The position numbers and the translations under genes were made by a program. Positions 12,536 through 27,500 of a stretch of 64,000 nucleotides of DNA are shown here, one piece after another. The stretch comes from Laetmonice hystrix (taxonomy: Eukaryota), in assembly GCA_965235115.1 (NCBI GenBank), contig OZ249436.1:27590001-27654000 (forward strand). The letters are read 5' to 3'. The notes beneath the pieces are model-generated. The model searched no databases, was not told the DNA's origin, and saw only the letters and a program-made list of their open reading frames with translations. Each line of letters begins with the position of its first letter. The stretch's first letter is position 1.

Positions 12536-15500
12536 ACGGAGAGCGCTGGCAGACAAGGCCTGTAACCTACACCAGTTCATTGATTGAGCTGTCCACTCTG
12601 AGGACCAAGCACCCGGTGTGGCCAGGCCAAGCAAACCGCGCCGCCCCGTACAATGGGAACACTGACAGGCCTCAACTGGCTTGCCAGGATATGGCACACG
12701 AGGTCAATATCCCAGATCAAGCCCAGTCTCTAGATCAATTGTAGCACGGCCATAGCTACATTCTTCTTTGTATACCAGACTTCAACAAATAAATCTCCTG
12801 CCCGTAATATAATAAAAGCGATAGCCAGTTCAAGTTCACTTCAATGGGATAGAAAGGAAAGCTTTATATTGTCTGGTAGTGGGTGGGGGGAAAAGCCGGC
12901 CGTGAAAGGATCATGGCAAATAAATGGCCAGCATCTGCCTGCAAATGGTAGGAGTGAAATATGAGTGTTTCTACCGGGCTCATGGTATGAAACCGGTGGA
13001 GACGGATCGTCCACACAGGATATGAGGCACACTTAGCTTGCTCATATCCACATGAATGAGACCAGTTCGCTGTTGTACTTTTTCCCTGATACAAAACTGG
13101 GGACGATGGATGGGGCAGGAGGAGGGAGGGGGGAGGGGGGAGGGGGCTGCCGTCGAGATCATGTTGCACTGGCGGCACGAGTATAACCAACACTTAGTGC
13201 TTTAGCTAGGCTATCGGTGACACTGAAATATTAATACAGCAGGGACATGTGCTGTTGGAGCGTCAGCCCCTCTATACCATCTGTGCCACGGCATTGAAAA
13301 TCTCGCCCATTGTATTTAGCCGTGGTCGTAGTGGCTACAAACGGCAAGGATGTGGTCCGTGCCAATCCGGGTCTCTCGTGATTGTTGTGTATACGCTCAG
13401 GAAATGGAACCCCTGAAGGCAGAAAGGAGAGGGGATGTGTGTTTATGCAAAGTGTGAGCACCGTCCGTGCCTTTGATAGTAGCTGCCAAGTGCCTCTAGT
13501 AGCTGGATAGAACTGGTTAAATGGAAATGTATAATGGCTCCCCGACTTCAGTAGTGTCCTGGACAGAATGCAGATCTGGGTGCTCCTTTTCTTTGGCACA
13601 TGACGTTTTTAAAAACTAAATTTAACTTGAGATAAAAATCCGACTTCGCTTTTATGCATCCTTTTATCAAAATGACGTGTTGACCTGTTATAAGAGCTGC
13701 AAGGAAGGAATTTCCAAATGTCTGGATGGTTAACCATGAGTTTCATGACACATACATGATTTGTATCCCGTAATGTGCAGTCCCTCTTTTTCTCGTATGT
13801 GAATTCGGCCCTGCATTTATCGTCGTTGACGTTTACTTTTTCCGACAAGCTGCTAAAAATGGGACTAATGGCGGTATCTGGGAGGTTTTAAGTTGGGCCA
13901 GGAAGTAACAGATTAAATATTCACTCGGGTGTTATTTATTATAGCAGGTTCCTTGGTTATCTCACGCTGTGACGGGGGAGGCCCAGCAGACCCTGCCACC
14001 CACTGAAGTGCTTCCAGCATCCTCCATCTCTGTCATGTAAACATGCCTGACCCTAACACCAGCCTGAAATTTGTACCGTCATGCTAGTTGGCAGGCTGGC
14101 GGCTATGCGCTTGACAGTTGGCGAATTCCTGCCAGTCAGCACCATAGCCGGGGCTGCAGCGCGAATGAAGATGTAACTCGGCATGATATGATGCTGGCTA
14201 CAGCTCGCCGTGAAGCCAGACACATAAAACTGCTGCCGCCTCGGTCTTTCTATTTGCCGTTTGTTCGCAGGGGATGGAGGTGTGGGAAGGGGGTGCGGTG
14301 ATGGTGGGGTGTGTGAACAGGAGGGGAGGGATGGGGAGCAAGGGATGCAGGCTGGCCTGATGGAAGGCATCAGTACCAGGGTGTGGGGGGTCTTGGGTTC
14401 ACCCCTTCCCTTCCCGTGAGATTCACAGGGTCCGGTTATATATACAACCGAGAAGGTGGAGAGGGTTCGGGTTATAAGGTGGAATAGGTATGTTGGTCAT
14501 TTGGTTTGCATTACTTGGGGCCTTACAAAGGAGCTGGTGACTTGACCGACTGTCCTGATAGTGCTAGTGACTTACCAGTGGATAAACCGGCTGAAATATT
14601 CACATGCTTGGGCTTGGGATTGGAGTGGGGGGGGGGGGTGGTAGGTGGGATGGGAATGGGGGCGGGGAGGGGGCGGCCCAAGTGCAGAAGACATACCAGT
14701 AGATAAAAATCGCAAGAGATTGCGAATGATTGATCTGTGTCTGATAGCAGCCCTTGGATGAGTTTGTCATCGATCAAAATCTATCTTGTATGGAGACCGA
14801 ACGAACCCGTCTCTGAAATAAAGGAGGGAAATTGGTACAGGGTTATTCTGCCGCGAGTAAATCGCACACTGTGGGAAAAGCCTCTCTTTTCCATCTGTAA
14901 ATCATCTTCGTGTAATCCGCAGGGGAGGACTTGGCTCCGCTGAATTACCGGTCGCTCGCGATAAAAATGTACCCATGAAGTTGTTTGAGTGTAATGGTGG
15001 CATATCAGTGGCGTGGTGTCAGAATGAGGAGCGGCAAGGAGGAGAGAACATGGTAGGATGGAGGAGGTCTTGGGTTGGGTGGGGCTAGGTCCAGTTCTCT
15101 CTGGGTGGAGATGGGCAAGAACTACCCAGGCACTGCTAACATGTTAGTGGAGTCCAATTTGGTCGCAGAGAGCCCTCCTCCCCCTGGAGAGCGGGTGAGG
15201 CATTGATGGTCATTATGTGTTGGGTGTGAGAGAGGAACACACGGCCCATATTCCTCTCCAAAGAGGAATCCTTGAAATGTCAGCTAACGAGGAAACAGGG
15301 CGAAAGGAATACATTGGTTGAACTGCGCCTGGCGTGACTCAGCAGGTCAGGCCAGCGAGCAAGCCAAGTTGGAGGATTCGTAGGCCGTGGGATTGGGGGG
15401 AGGGGGGGGGGGGTCGTAGGGTTGTGTGTGTGGGGGTGAGGGGGGGGGGGACTCCCAAATAACATGTGCTTCTAATCACACAGGATATCACGGAAGTAAG

Positions 15501-18500
15501 AGCCCAAAGGCTGCTGAATCTCACCCTTGTTAAGTGTTTTGCCAAACTGATAACGGGAAAGTTCAGCCGTTCTGTTATTTCAAAATAACAGCTCGGAATT
15601 ATCCTGACAGATAAGTGTAACCACATAGGACTAAATCATACTCATTACAAATCAACACAGTGTCAGTTTTCAGGCTGATACGTGGATGGAGGTGGCCCGT
15701 AATGTAATGTTTAGAAAGCCAAGCTCTGGCCGCCAAGGGAAAACATGAGGAAGATATCTTGGCTAGATTATATTACACCGACACGGCTTTGATTTCTGAA
15801 CGTAAAAAGACTATCGCAGGCACGAATGGTGATCAAGCATTTCTATACCTGGACCTACGACCAGATATTCTGTTCTATTTTTCTCTTTCTCTCTTCCTGT
15901 TTTTTTTTGGGTAAAGAAATCCCTTATATAAAAGAGTATTCATCCATTGAATGTTCAGTGCTCCAGTCATGTGTATGTTATTTCGTTTTGGATACTAGGA
16001 ACCACATTTCCAGACGTTGACAAAATACTCTGCGGAATTTAAGAAATCTCGGGAAGAAATGATCCTCCGAGTGTGCTCCATCGCTAAAACCGACTGAAAC
16101 TGCACGTTTCATATTATAAAAGCTTATGCTAAAGTTTTATTACTCACGCATGTTTCATTCCCAACTATGAAGAGCTATGAAAAAGGAGGCGGTGGGAGGT
16201 ACCGGATGGAACAGGTGAGAATCTGGTTCAGTATGTTTCCCTATTGATCCGTTCATGTTACACCATGTGTCGACACATGAAGCCCGTTAAATACATAGCT
16301 CAGCACTGGCCGCTTTGAGATTACTCTACTCTACGTGTTTACTTTGTGATATACCAAGCTATCTTAATCCTTGCTATACGGAACGCCATACTGCCAACAC
16401 ATGTTGCTTTTATTGACCATATGTACTAAAAGGATATCGTCAGAAAAATACACATGATCCAGATGGCGGCCCTTCGTGCCTATACATTCAATGCGAATGG
16501 ACTGAGTGAAGATATTGATCGTACAATGGTTAGAAGGTCTGACCGGAAAAAAAGGAGTGATGGCAACAAAAAATTCAAATCAGCTGCGAATGCACTCAAT
16601 ACATCTGGCATTTTGCACTTAAGGGCACGCACAATACACAGTCATGCAGAGGTAGTTGTAAGCACCTGTCGAATAGGATAACCCAGCACGGAACCTAGGA
16701 ATGTTTTGATAGGCTGGTGCGCAGAGAACTCGCGCCCACTTTCTAAAAGTGCTGACCTAGGAGTGAGAAAGGTTGGAAGCAATAACTCATCAACACCAGT
16801 AAAAGTACATAGTCAGTCATGAATGAAATAAAAAGCGTAGTTTTATCTGGTGATGGGATGGATTTCGAAGTTGGGAACTTATACGCTGATATCATATCAC
16901 ATGATACATATAGTTGAATGATACTTATTTGAATCACATGAAATAGCATATAGATGGGTGCTTGGACAAAATTATAGAGTATTATAGTTAATGAAATGGC
17001 CGCCTACGCAGATATAAATTATGAAATGTGAAGAATGACGTGCTTCTCTTAAGTTGTATGTAAAATAATGTGTGGATTTCACCCTAGGGGAGGTAGGGGC
17101 CATTAGTGACACCTGCATTGCGTTGTTATCTACGGAGGCAGGCCCATAGAGGTAGGGTTACAGGAGGGGCGTATTTAGCCCCAGATAGGAATTTGGTCCA
17201 TCACTGATAGGGTCTCTATCTGCCGACGGATGGAAAAGTGCCAACATTGAGGAGCAACAAAAATGGGAAAGGAAACTTTATAGCATGCCAATAATAAAGA
17301 AAAATCGAATAATGGAAAAATCGTCAAAAACAGATAATAGGTGTTACAAAATCATAGAATCATTATAAATAGTTTCTATAATTCTCAATGTGTACGTATA
17401 TGGTGAGGGTTGGGTTAAATGAAGGATACTATTGATGATTGAATTCGATGGTTTAGTACCTTACACACGTGTGCCAACCGGGTCATTTGTGTTCCAGATG
17501 TTTTATTTGTACCAGGTGGCTTTGCATAAACTGGACAATAAATTATGTTGGTGGTGGTGCTATCAGGTATGAATTAAGTATGAATGAGGTGTCTTAGAAA
17601 AGAAAGACCTCAATCTTCCTTTCGAGCCAGTCTTTGGGGAGCCACTTCAAGCCATCTCCGACTCTCAGCACTCATCCTCCTTTAGTTTTAATTGGGCAAA
17701 TGGGAATAAATGCTGTCTCATGTTGTGCCCTGACGAGGGTCTTATTGGCCATGGGTGCATCGTCCTGGAATTCCATGATCGGTCCTGTGTAAATAAACAT
17801 TGTGCAGGGAGTTAGTTGCCTGCCAGAGCGTCGTAAACTGTGGCCTGGCTTCGTTCTGCACTCTTGCCCTCTTCCCTTCGAAGGTCACCACCAAGGCAAT
17901 GGACATGGAGACACATGGAGCCAACATGGCCGCTTGCCTGCCCCCCGCTCCCCTCCTCCCTCCCTGACTGGTGGGGTGTGAAACATCCCCCAACCCTCAC
18001 ACGTGTTGGCTGAGCTCTGTACTTACTCCGGTGGCGGGGGTCACCATTACATCAGCCTCGGGAGCTGTGAATTGGCCATCACACTCCCTACATGTAACCA
18101 GTTGAGTGAGACAGAGAGTAAAAAAAGGCACAGTCATAATTCATGATTGAGATAGCTGCATGATTAATACATGACCAAGCAGTTCAGCAGACTGGAAACC
18201 CCGGGCAGGGGACGGGGGGGGGGAGATGTGGGGTGTTAGAGGAGGGGAGATGAAGGGGGGGGGGGGTTTGCTGACTGTGCCGGTGAAGGTGGCGGCGGTG
18301 GCTCTGGGTGGTGGTGTAGTGGTGCTGATGGTACCAGCCTGGCCACCACCCGGCCAGGGTTGATTTATTTTGACATGCTTATCTCTGTTCAGCCATCAAA
18401 TGATGTCGAGACAACAGATAGCATGTGAGGCAGAGATCAGTGCCCGAAACGGGGCGTAATTATCAGACAGGTAATGTTTTAATCATGGTGTAGTGCCTCA

Positions 18501-21500
18501 CTCCACCTTGACTTTATCTGTTGATGTGTGTCCAAGCAGATGTGTTCGCCTGGGACTACATCATGTGAAGTCATCGGGTAATCTGCACTCCCGAATCTTC
18601 CTGCGATAGGTGCTTCTCTTTGTCTTTGAAGTTTGCAGGGAGATTCATATTTCATGTACGATCAACGTTCAACTCTGTCAGGACATGTACTTTGGTATTG
18701 ACGTTAAATACAATCGAAATATCCCAGGCAAGTAATGATCAAGACACGCCAATGACATCCGAACCTGACCATTGTGTATGGCCAGACAAATTAGTTTACT
18801 GCATTTTGTACAATTGCCGACTGAATCAGTGCGCGAAATGCCAGTTCATGTAATAAGAGAATTTTTGCAATTGATTGAAGATAACGAAGAAATAAAATGT
18901 GTGGCATGTAACTCAGCCCAAATGAGAAAGTATGACCGATCCGTTGTTACCAAGAGTTGTTAAATTGCTGATGCGTTCGTTACCATTTGCGATGGTGCAA
19001 GGCATCGCATCATGGTGCAGTGCACGTTGTGCATTTTCTTATTTATATCCTGAAGCCGAGTCATGGCAACTGTACCAAGTGTGATTCATATTGATATAAA
19101 ACCATTCGCTGAGCAGCAAGACTTAGCATGGCTGGGCCTGGAGAGGAGCGACCATTATGGCGCTCACAGCCTACATTACCAATCGGCTCAGGCAAGGAAG
19201 GAAGTTTTTTTTTGTTCTGTCGGAGGACAGAGTGGCAGCGGCAGTAGATAATGGAAGACTGATGAACTCAGGTTTAGCATTTGGCCCAGTCAGCTCGAGC
19301 GGTGTCTTGTTTGGAATCTAAACCCAACCGATGGCAGACTTGGACAGATTGTCTCCGTGTCGGTGGTGACCAGTTAATGTCTACTTCAGCAGAGAAGACT
19401 TAGGTTGGGTGGTCAGGGTGTATTCAGTATTGACACTTGTGATCATGAGTCAAGGCGGGGAGGGCAAGGAGGGGGAGGTGGAATGGTATTGAGTAGGCCT
19501 ACAGATTGTGTTAATGATAACAGCCGATGTCCGTGAGGGGGTGTTTTAATATTATACGTCAATATTGAGATAACACATCGTCGGAATGATATAGTCAGGT
19601 TTATTAGATGTGGTGCTGGCTGTTTATTAATTAATATAGCGACTGAAGGTTAGTTAATTGTCTCCAGTTTATTGGATACTACTCTTCAGATGTAGTGAAC
19701 CTTGTATGGGCATCACTCTGAACGTTAAGTCTCCCTAGCCTATAGATATTAAAACGACGGACAATGTTCACATCAATATTCATACATCACCAGTTCTATT
19801 TTTCCTTCAGAATTAATTTAGCAGTGCATCACTTAAAAAGAATACAGGGACCTAAAGCTTGGCAGTCATTAAAGCGTTATAGTGGTGATGCCCCTTTGGT
19901 AATAACGTTAAAGAACCACTCCGTTATAATGAAGTACCGCTTGGTTTTCTCTGTTAGAACACGCTATACAGTATGAGTATGTCACCTAATCTCTCCACAA
20001 CTCTCTGTGCACTAATCCAAAATAGCATCTACAGCTCAGAGCCAGTAGGTGGCCCACACCTCTCTATAGAGGGTGCAATTTACAGTGATTCACGTAAGCG
20101 TTTATTTTGTAACAAGCATCAAAAGACAGGCCGTTCTAAGTATTCGCATGCAATTGTCACCAGCACGTAGCAGCTGCCACATGGCGTGTTGGATCTTTTC
20201 CTCTGAAGCCCACCACACAGAATTGTTTTTCTGTAGTTGTGTCTGGGATTTATTGTGTAAGTGACATATCAGTGGGTGGATGAGAACAGCATGTTGTCTG
20301 GAACACTTGATGTGTTTGAAATTAAGCTGCTCGAGTGTATTTGAGACTTATTACCTAACATTTAGAGTGCCTTCTAGTTGAAAGATAAAACAGTATTTCA
20401 GACAGCAACGCATACGCTCCTGAGATCGCTGACAAATTCTCCACCATGAATACCATGATTTTTAACAGTAATGTGAAAATTATAATTCCCTAAATGGCCT
20501 CTAATTAATATCAAACTTCTTCACATGTATTTCTATCCTCGTCCGCGTATTTATGTACTAAATAAATGCCAAAATAAATATGGGAATGCGAGAAAAGTCA
20601 CGTGTTGTGATCATAATCAATGATAAGGAACGCAATCTAACTAATTTTTAGAAGTTTAGATTCTTGTATGTTTGTAGAAAAGATCCAAAAGGATACAGTC
20701 GCTACATACGATGTGGGTCTATGTGGTCTATTTGGGTCAGTTGTGCTAGCAGGGACCAGTTGTTGGGTTCGCCCTTACCCTATCTCTAACCTCCTGGCAA
20801 GCGCCGACTTGCAGCCATATGTGTTGATAACGTGCTACTACTGTTGAGTATATCAATAAAGGCCTGGCGGGGATTTGTGTACTCTGAAGGAGCTTATGGG
20901 AACTTTTTCATCAGTCTGCCCAGCCTCACAGATGACACTCGGCTATCTGTTAGGGCCTGGTAAACCGACATGATTCATGACTTCATTGTGGCTGATAAAA
21001 CGACCAAATTGCACGTCACTTGGGCACTTTCCGAATCATCATAGACCGGAGCTGTATTTTGATACCGCAGTGAGGAGCACTTGTGCCCCGGCCCATAGGA
21101 AGTGGCGTGGCTAGGCACACTGGGCATATAATATATCACTAATGGCACAGCAGTCTGACTTTTTTTTATTGTTCACGACTTCTAGAGACAAGCAGTGCTT
21201 TAGGCATACGTTTATTAGTACACACCAAACTATAGAAGTGGGAAAGCTGTCGGGCATGGCATGGGGTGGCGAGCCGACTGACTGGCTCACTGGCTGGCTA
21301 GCTGGTTGACTTTAATTTAGGTGGTTGGGTTGCTTGACTTGGCCGCTTGCCAGCGGGAGGCCTGAACTGCTCTGCTAACTTGCTATAGCCTGGGTCTGGC
21401 GGTCGGTCGGTTGGTATGTATGTAGTGCCGTTGTAAGGCTCACTGTGTATGCTGACTGCTGTGTACCTCTTTGTGTATACAACTCGGAACTATCCTGCCC

Positions 21501-24500
21501 CTGGGAGAACTTGTCCGTCACTTTTCCTGCTACTTGATGCCACCACCCAAACAAGAAGTTCAGGCGCAGAACTGCTTTCCTCGGGAATAAAAATTGCCAT
21601 CTGCATCTTCAAGGAACAGATACTGAGATAGCTTCCTCAGGACATGCCCGTATCGTCAGCCAGTTATGAACTCCAAGGTGACATGTGAAATGGTTGGTCA
21701 TCTGGTCATACATATATAGGCCTACTTAGTAACTACGTAAGTAGTCGGTCTATTTCTACTTGCTTCTCTGCTGGAATGTGTGCTAGCATTTATACATGTG
21801 GGAGTAAATATTGTCATAAAACACTAGACGTAAGTGAATCCTTTAATGGGAGAGAACGGCATCTTTCATGGCGCCTTTTGGGTAATCTTTTCCTGCCATC
21901 GCTGACTATTATTATCTCTGTGTGACTATGATTGATGGCGTATGATACATGTGCCCGCCATGGTACGCATACGATATGTACATAGGAAGGCAAGTTAACC
22001 AAGTGACATAGGGCGGCAAACCACTAACCAACACACCACCCAACCACATGCTACAAACCGTTGGTTGGGTGAGTCAGGGCCGGGACAGAGGAGGCGGCCT
22101 CCAACCAACCTACGCACCGAGTTTAAAGTGTGCCAAGCACCGTGACAGCTCTCTTTGTGACAGCGAGGGGTCAACAGTGGTTTAGGCCTGGTTTAATGGA
22201 GGCTCGTTGGTTGTAGGCTATCGCTGACAACAACCGGCTTTCCCCTCACCAAGCCCAGCCATGGGCGGGCGTGGTAGCGATGGTGACGCAGGTGGAGTGC
22301 GCTGCATTTCCTCGGGGCAGGTCGATGAAAAGTTACAGTAGGGGCCAACAAGAGTTTTATGTTAGAGTGCATGTATTGTTTATCATTTGGCACATTTAGT
22401 ATAAAAAAAAACAGAAATAAAAACAATTCAGTGATGAGAGGGAAACAACGGGACGTACATGTACGTATATGTTAGCGTTGATGGGAAAGATGAAAAGTCT
22501 GGGTGTTTTTTTAACGCTGTAATGAGTATCATGTTGCATTAGGTCGTTCTATGATTGATCTGTCATTAATGCTTCGTTTTGGACTGGAATGACTGGAATG
22601 TTGACATTTCATCAGGAGATAAATGGCTCTGAAGAAAGCATAATATATGGTGTAAACACCTCACCAGCGCAGCTATAACAGAATCATATCCGGGCTCCCC
22701 ACAGTTAAGTCGTTTTTAGCAGAAATGCTTTACTTTGAGTAGGCTTCACACTGATTGTGTGGATGTGATATGACCACTAGCAAGCAGACACTAGGAGAAA
22801 GCCAGGTGCTAAGTGTACTTGTGATGTTCACAGGTACGCAGTGCTGTCTGTTCATGTCTAATGGCTGACTTGATGACTATGGGCAAGCCCTGTCGTGCTG
22901 ACACATAAGCGCGGGTCACCTTTGATTTGGCCCTTGCCCATTGAGCATTTGCTTAAGTGGCATAGTTCCATCGCCTGGCTTCCCAATCTGTCTCTGCAAA
23001 AAGGAAAAACGGGATCTCAAAGTGAAGGGTCGCTGGGGAGAAGAAAAGTCTCTCGCAGGAGACTCAAATACCTTTCTGCCGGCGGGAAACTCCCGCTTTA
23101 CACGTCACTTTGTCTGCTCTGGTTCTTTAGTTACACCAACGTTACACTTTCAAACATATGACACAAACCTGTCCTCGGTGGACTGATATCTAATTAGCTC
23201 ATAAATCTGGCACCATGTGGAAATGGCCACGGGAAGTTCCACGACCAATGGGGACATAATAGCCGATAGCGTGCATCCGCCTGGGCTTTTATCTCCTCTC
23301 GACATCCGCTGAGGGGCAGCTCACACCGGCTACGTCTCATCGGCAGCTGACTTGAGATAACAGCAACTCACTGCAGCGAAATGCTGTTTGCATTAAAATG
23401 TTATGTATCGAAGCCAAGGAAAGGTGTCTTCTCGGCCAAGTGTAGGGTGTAATGTGGAATCGGCCTCCCACTTCCGCCTGGCCAACCGCCCAAGCTGACC
23501 AACTTAATCAGATAATAGGCAATTTCACTCACATGTGAGACTGTTTCAAATATTGCCATTCACTGACTCATTTAATTGGTTCATTAATAATGTAATAACG
23601 GTGGAGGGGGATGTGAATTGTTGCACTGGTTGGAGAGTTTGCAGTATTGCACACACTACAGTTAGCAGACAAAGCCGGCAAACCTTCTGCCAGCCCGCAG
23701 TGCACGGCCCCCATTGGCTGAACGGCCTCCATCTGAACACCTCGAGCAGCCAATGGGAATGCAGGGCTAGGTTTGATGGATAGGTTAGGGCCACTCAGTG
23801 AGAACAAGGTACAGAGTACAAGTCAATCCCACCCAGAGCTCCTGGTGCACGGTTATGGGTAAGTCCCTGTTTTACTCCTCTGTCAATTTTCATCTTATTT
23901 TGGCGTTTTCCAGCTCGAAAACGATACGGTATGTCTGGGCGGGCTTGTTAAGGTACGAGGACAGGTTTGGGAGGGTATCTGATGGCGGTAAGTGGAGTTT
24001 TTGGCATTGTTAAGGTTTGAGAGTGGAACTGGCTTTGTGTGTGGCATGTGGCAAGCGGGCTGTTGGTGGTGGTGGCAGTGGTGGTGTTAGACAGCAGCAG
24101 GAGTAGAGTTGCTGAGAGGCAAGCTGTCCCCACCACCACCACCGCTGCCACCACCACCAGCGCCGCCGCCCTCCCCGTGGCTGCATCCTTTGGCTACCGC
24201 TGCAGCAGGCTCCGACCCTCGGCCCACGGTAGAGGAGGCGGCTCCGGCCTGTAGCAGCGGCGGAGGCGGTAGTCGATACGGATAGAGCTCACCGAGCTGA
24301 GCAACGGGAAGACAACCTCGGTGAACAACCAACCCAAGTATACCAAGCAAGGAGGAGGAGAAGGAGAAAGCGGACTCAATACACACTTTGTACACATTCA
24401 GCCACACAGATGTCGCGGGATTTACCATTCAGCCAACTGTTATCCATGGAGTTACACCATCAGGATTTCGCTGGGAACCTTTCGCTGTGTTCAACCCGTT

Positions 24501-27500
24501 TAATGCAGTGAACAACACACATTTTGCACGGAGCATTCTTTAAGCGGATTTCGCTACGACTCGGGAGTTGAAATTTGTTCCCTTCATGACTGGATTGGTG
24601 CGCCATGTAGTGTGAGGGGACAGATCAGTCAGGCATTCAGTGCTCATACTTAAAGGTGCACAGCGGCGCCCACCGCGCCGCATTGTGAAGAGGGATATTT
24701 GAACTGACAAAGGCTTATTGGACGGTTGGGCCTTACACTGGGACTAATCACATACATTCACACGCCCAGCCTGGACTCTGACATGTAAGGGAAGCCATTC
24801 TCTCGGAACGTTTTGGAGTATCTGTACATACGCATGGATATTGGTGTTGATCATAGCGACAAATGATTGCCATGGATATTGAGTGAGCCAACAGATGCTT
24901 TTGTCATAGTGGTTTGATGTGTCGCTATCGAGTTGGCATGTGCAATTGCGGATTGGATATGTAAATCTGTGGAACTACAGGGGACCGACTACAGGACTAC
25001 CTTCTGTATTGGATTTCATAGTGGATGAACATAAAGGCGGTGTATGGACATGATCAAAAGCTAGGATAGCCTCAGGGGCACAGGACTGGACAGAACAAGC
25101 CTCAGTGACGTATCTTCAATCTGCTTGAAGCAAATCACTTTTAGACGGAGGTGATTATGATCAATGCATGGCATTCCAGTGTGAACTGGTGTATGCATAA
25201 TGTGTCAAACTATCGTTTCGTCTGTCTCCAGTCTAGCCAGCAGTTGTTCAGTCTCGCCCCATACCGCCTAAAACTGGATTGAACTCTTCGGGGCCGAGAG
25301 AAAGTGTTTAGAGGTGCAGTCGGAAGCCACACACACACAACAAAGCCATTCTCACTCTCAAGTCAAAACTCGTGCCATTTACGCTTGCCACTTGTAGGTG
25401 ATAACTTTTAGTGTTTCCTCAACGCTCTGATGGCAAGGGTTGAAGACAGGCAAGTGGGTCTGGTTAATTTGTCTCTTCATTATGTACTTATATTTGAAGT
25501 GTGGGTTAGATTGAGGGCATCCTGTTTAATTGTGGAGAGTTGCAAAACCTCTCAACTTAAAGCACAAGACAATTATTATATACACATATAATTGTTCTTT
25601 TTGTCAGATGTTTTCACTTTAGGATTTCTTTCTGTTATCAATCTAACCGTTAAATGAAGCGAGGTTCATTAACAGGAATGATAATTTATAATTGCAGTCA
25701 TTTGGGCATCGTATCAGAAATTCATTATGCCTGTAATTATGCCTTACAAGATTTGAGAGGAAATAGATTAAATACGTTTGCACAGACATACTTAAAACCC
25801 TATGAAGTAGTTGATTAAACGTGCTATGCCTGCGATAGCACATGAACAGTTTTTAGAGGTGTGCCTACCAAATTCCTCTCATTTAATTTCCCTGATTCAG
25901 AGTATTAATCACAACAATGTCAGTGAGGCAGTATTGAAGGGGGGGGGGGGGGTCATTGAGAGACCGGTGAAGTTAAATCCCATGAAGAATCCATTAACTG
26001 TCTAGAACAGTGATGTCTGTTGTTTGTAACAAACAACACAAGGCTGACGTTAACGCTCTAATCTGAATATCGATCTCACTCAGTGACTGGCAGATACCAA
26101 CCCACACACAGTGTAACAAGCCATCCAAGGTTAGATACACAGGTGATGGGGAAAAGACAAGCCAGCAGAAGATGATGAAATCATAGATAACTTTGTGCAC
26201 CTTTGCCAGGGCCAGAAGTGCTTGCCATGTTAAGTCGGCATATTAATACACCAATGTGGACCGGGAATGGGTACACATAGCCTGAACAACCGTGAACACT
26301 GTATCAATGTTGACAGTTTAGTTGAAAGCCTTTGAACTATAAGGGCAACGAAGCCGGATATGTCTTTGAGCACCCTATTGCTGCCAGACTTGGTTGGGGG
26401 GCTAGCTTGCGTGCCCTTCACACTGTAGGCTCTGGTCTTTATGTTGCAGCTTAACATTGTGCATGCTATGTCAGTAAAAACTCGGCCACACTGAACAGAT
26501 GCCATTGGCATCGGAGATAAAAGCGCAGCTAATTTGGTAAAGTTGTGTTCAGTAGATATACAACTTGCCTAGTCCCATTTGATATAGGGCTGCATTGTTT
26601 ACTGAAAGGATCAACTCTACTGGTTGATGAAATGGGGGAGTAATGTGTAATGATAATCATAGGCCAGGCCAGGCATTGAACCATCATTATTTGTCTATAT
26701 TATTATCACTCAAAATAGCATCCTAGTGCTCACACAGTCGTGAACGTTCCAACTTTTATCTATAAATCTATAGTGTAAAGGAGAATGAAAGCCTTGAAAT
26801 TTCATGCAATGGCTATCTTCATTTGAATGCCTTAGAGGAACTAAAGGCTTCCTTCTGATGTTGTATCTGGAAGGATCGGCATAGTGGGAGGCATGCGGCC
26901 TTTCCCGGAACTGTTTCTCAGAGAGGAGTTGCTCTTGGCAATGCAGCTTGGCACACTGGTTTGGCAGCTTGAAAGGGAAATGCCAATCAGTGTATTACGA
27001 CAAAGGATAAAAGTCACAAATATTTACACATCCGCATGCTGTAAAACAACTAAAAATCGTGAAGTGATTTTAAGTAGTTGAAGGAGGAAAAATGGCTCCC
27101 CTCATTGGTGGTTATTTTAGGGAACAGTTGTTATGAAGGGCATTCAATTTATAGCGAGCTTTTGACAGCTTGCTACCCCACCCCCACTATCCATTTGCTA
27201 GTTAACTTTACTTGTCAATCTGTGGGCTCAAACTGAGCGGACAGTTTGTTTACAAAGCTAGCAGTTATAACAGGACATTACCGAGGTACCGTTACACTGT
27301 AGTGCAGACAAGTAAACATGTAAACAACACAGGATCTGTTTATGTCAGGGGAGAAAACCAAACATTTTAGAACTTTGTGTCCTGTTGCACACATCCTTGC
27401 CATACTGTTTTTTTTTGTACGGCCACTAAATCTAAAACCAACTTTTTATGCTAACCCTCCCCATGGTAATTGTTAAACTTCAGCCTGGTGTTTATCTTTC

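Noticed and set aside
16264-16279. Perfect 16-bp palindrome CATGTGTCGACACATG
   Set aside because: About one such palindrome is expected by chance in 64 kb.
17200-17212. 13-bp match to the Tet operator (ATCACTGATAGGG)
   Set aside because: Partial, single copy and no vector context; consistent with chance.
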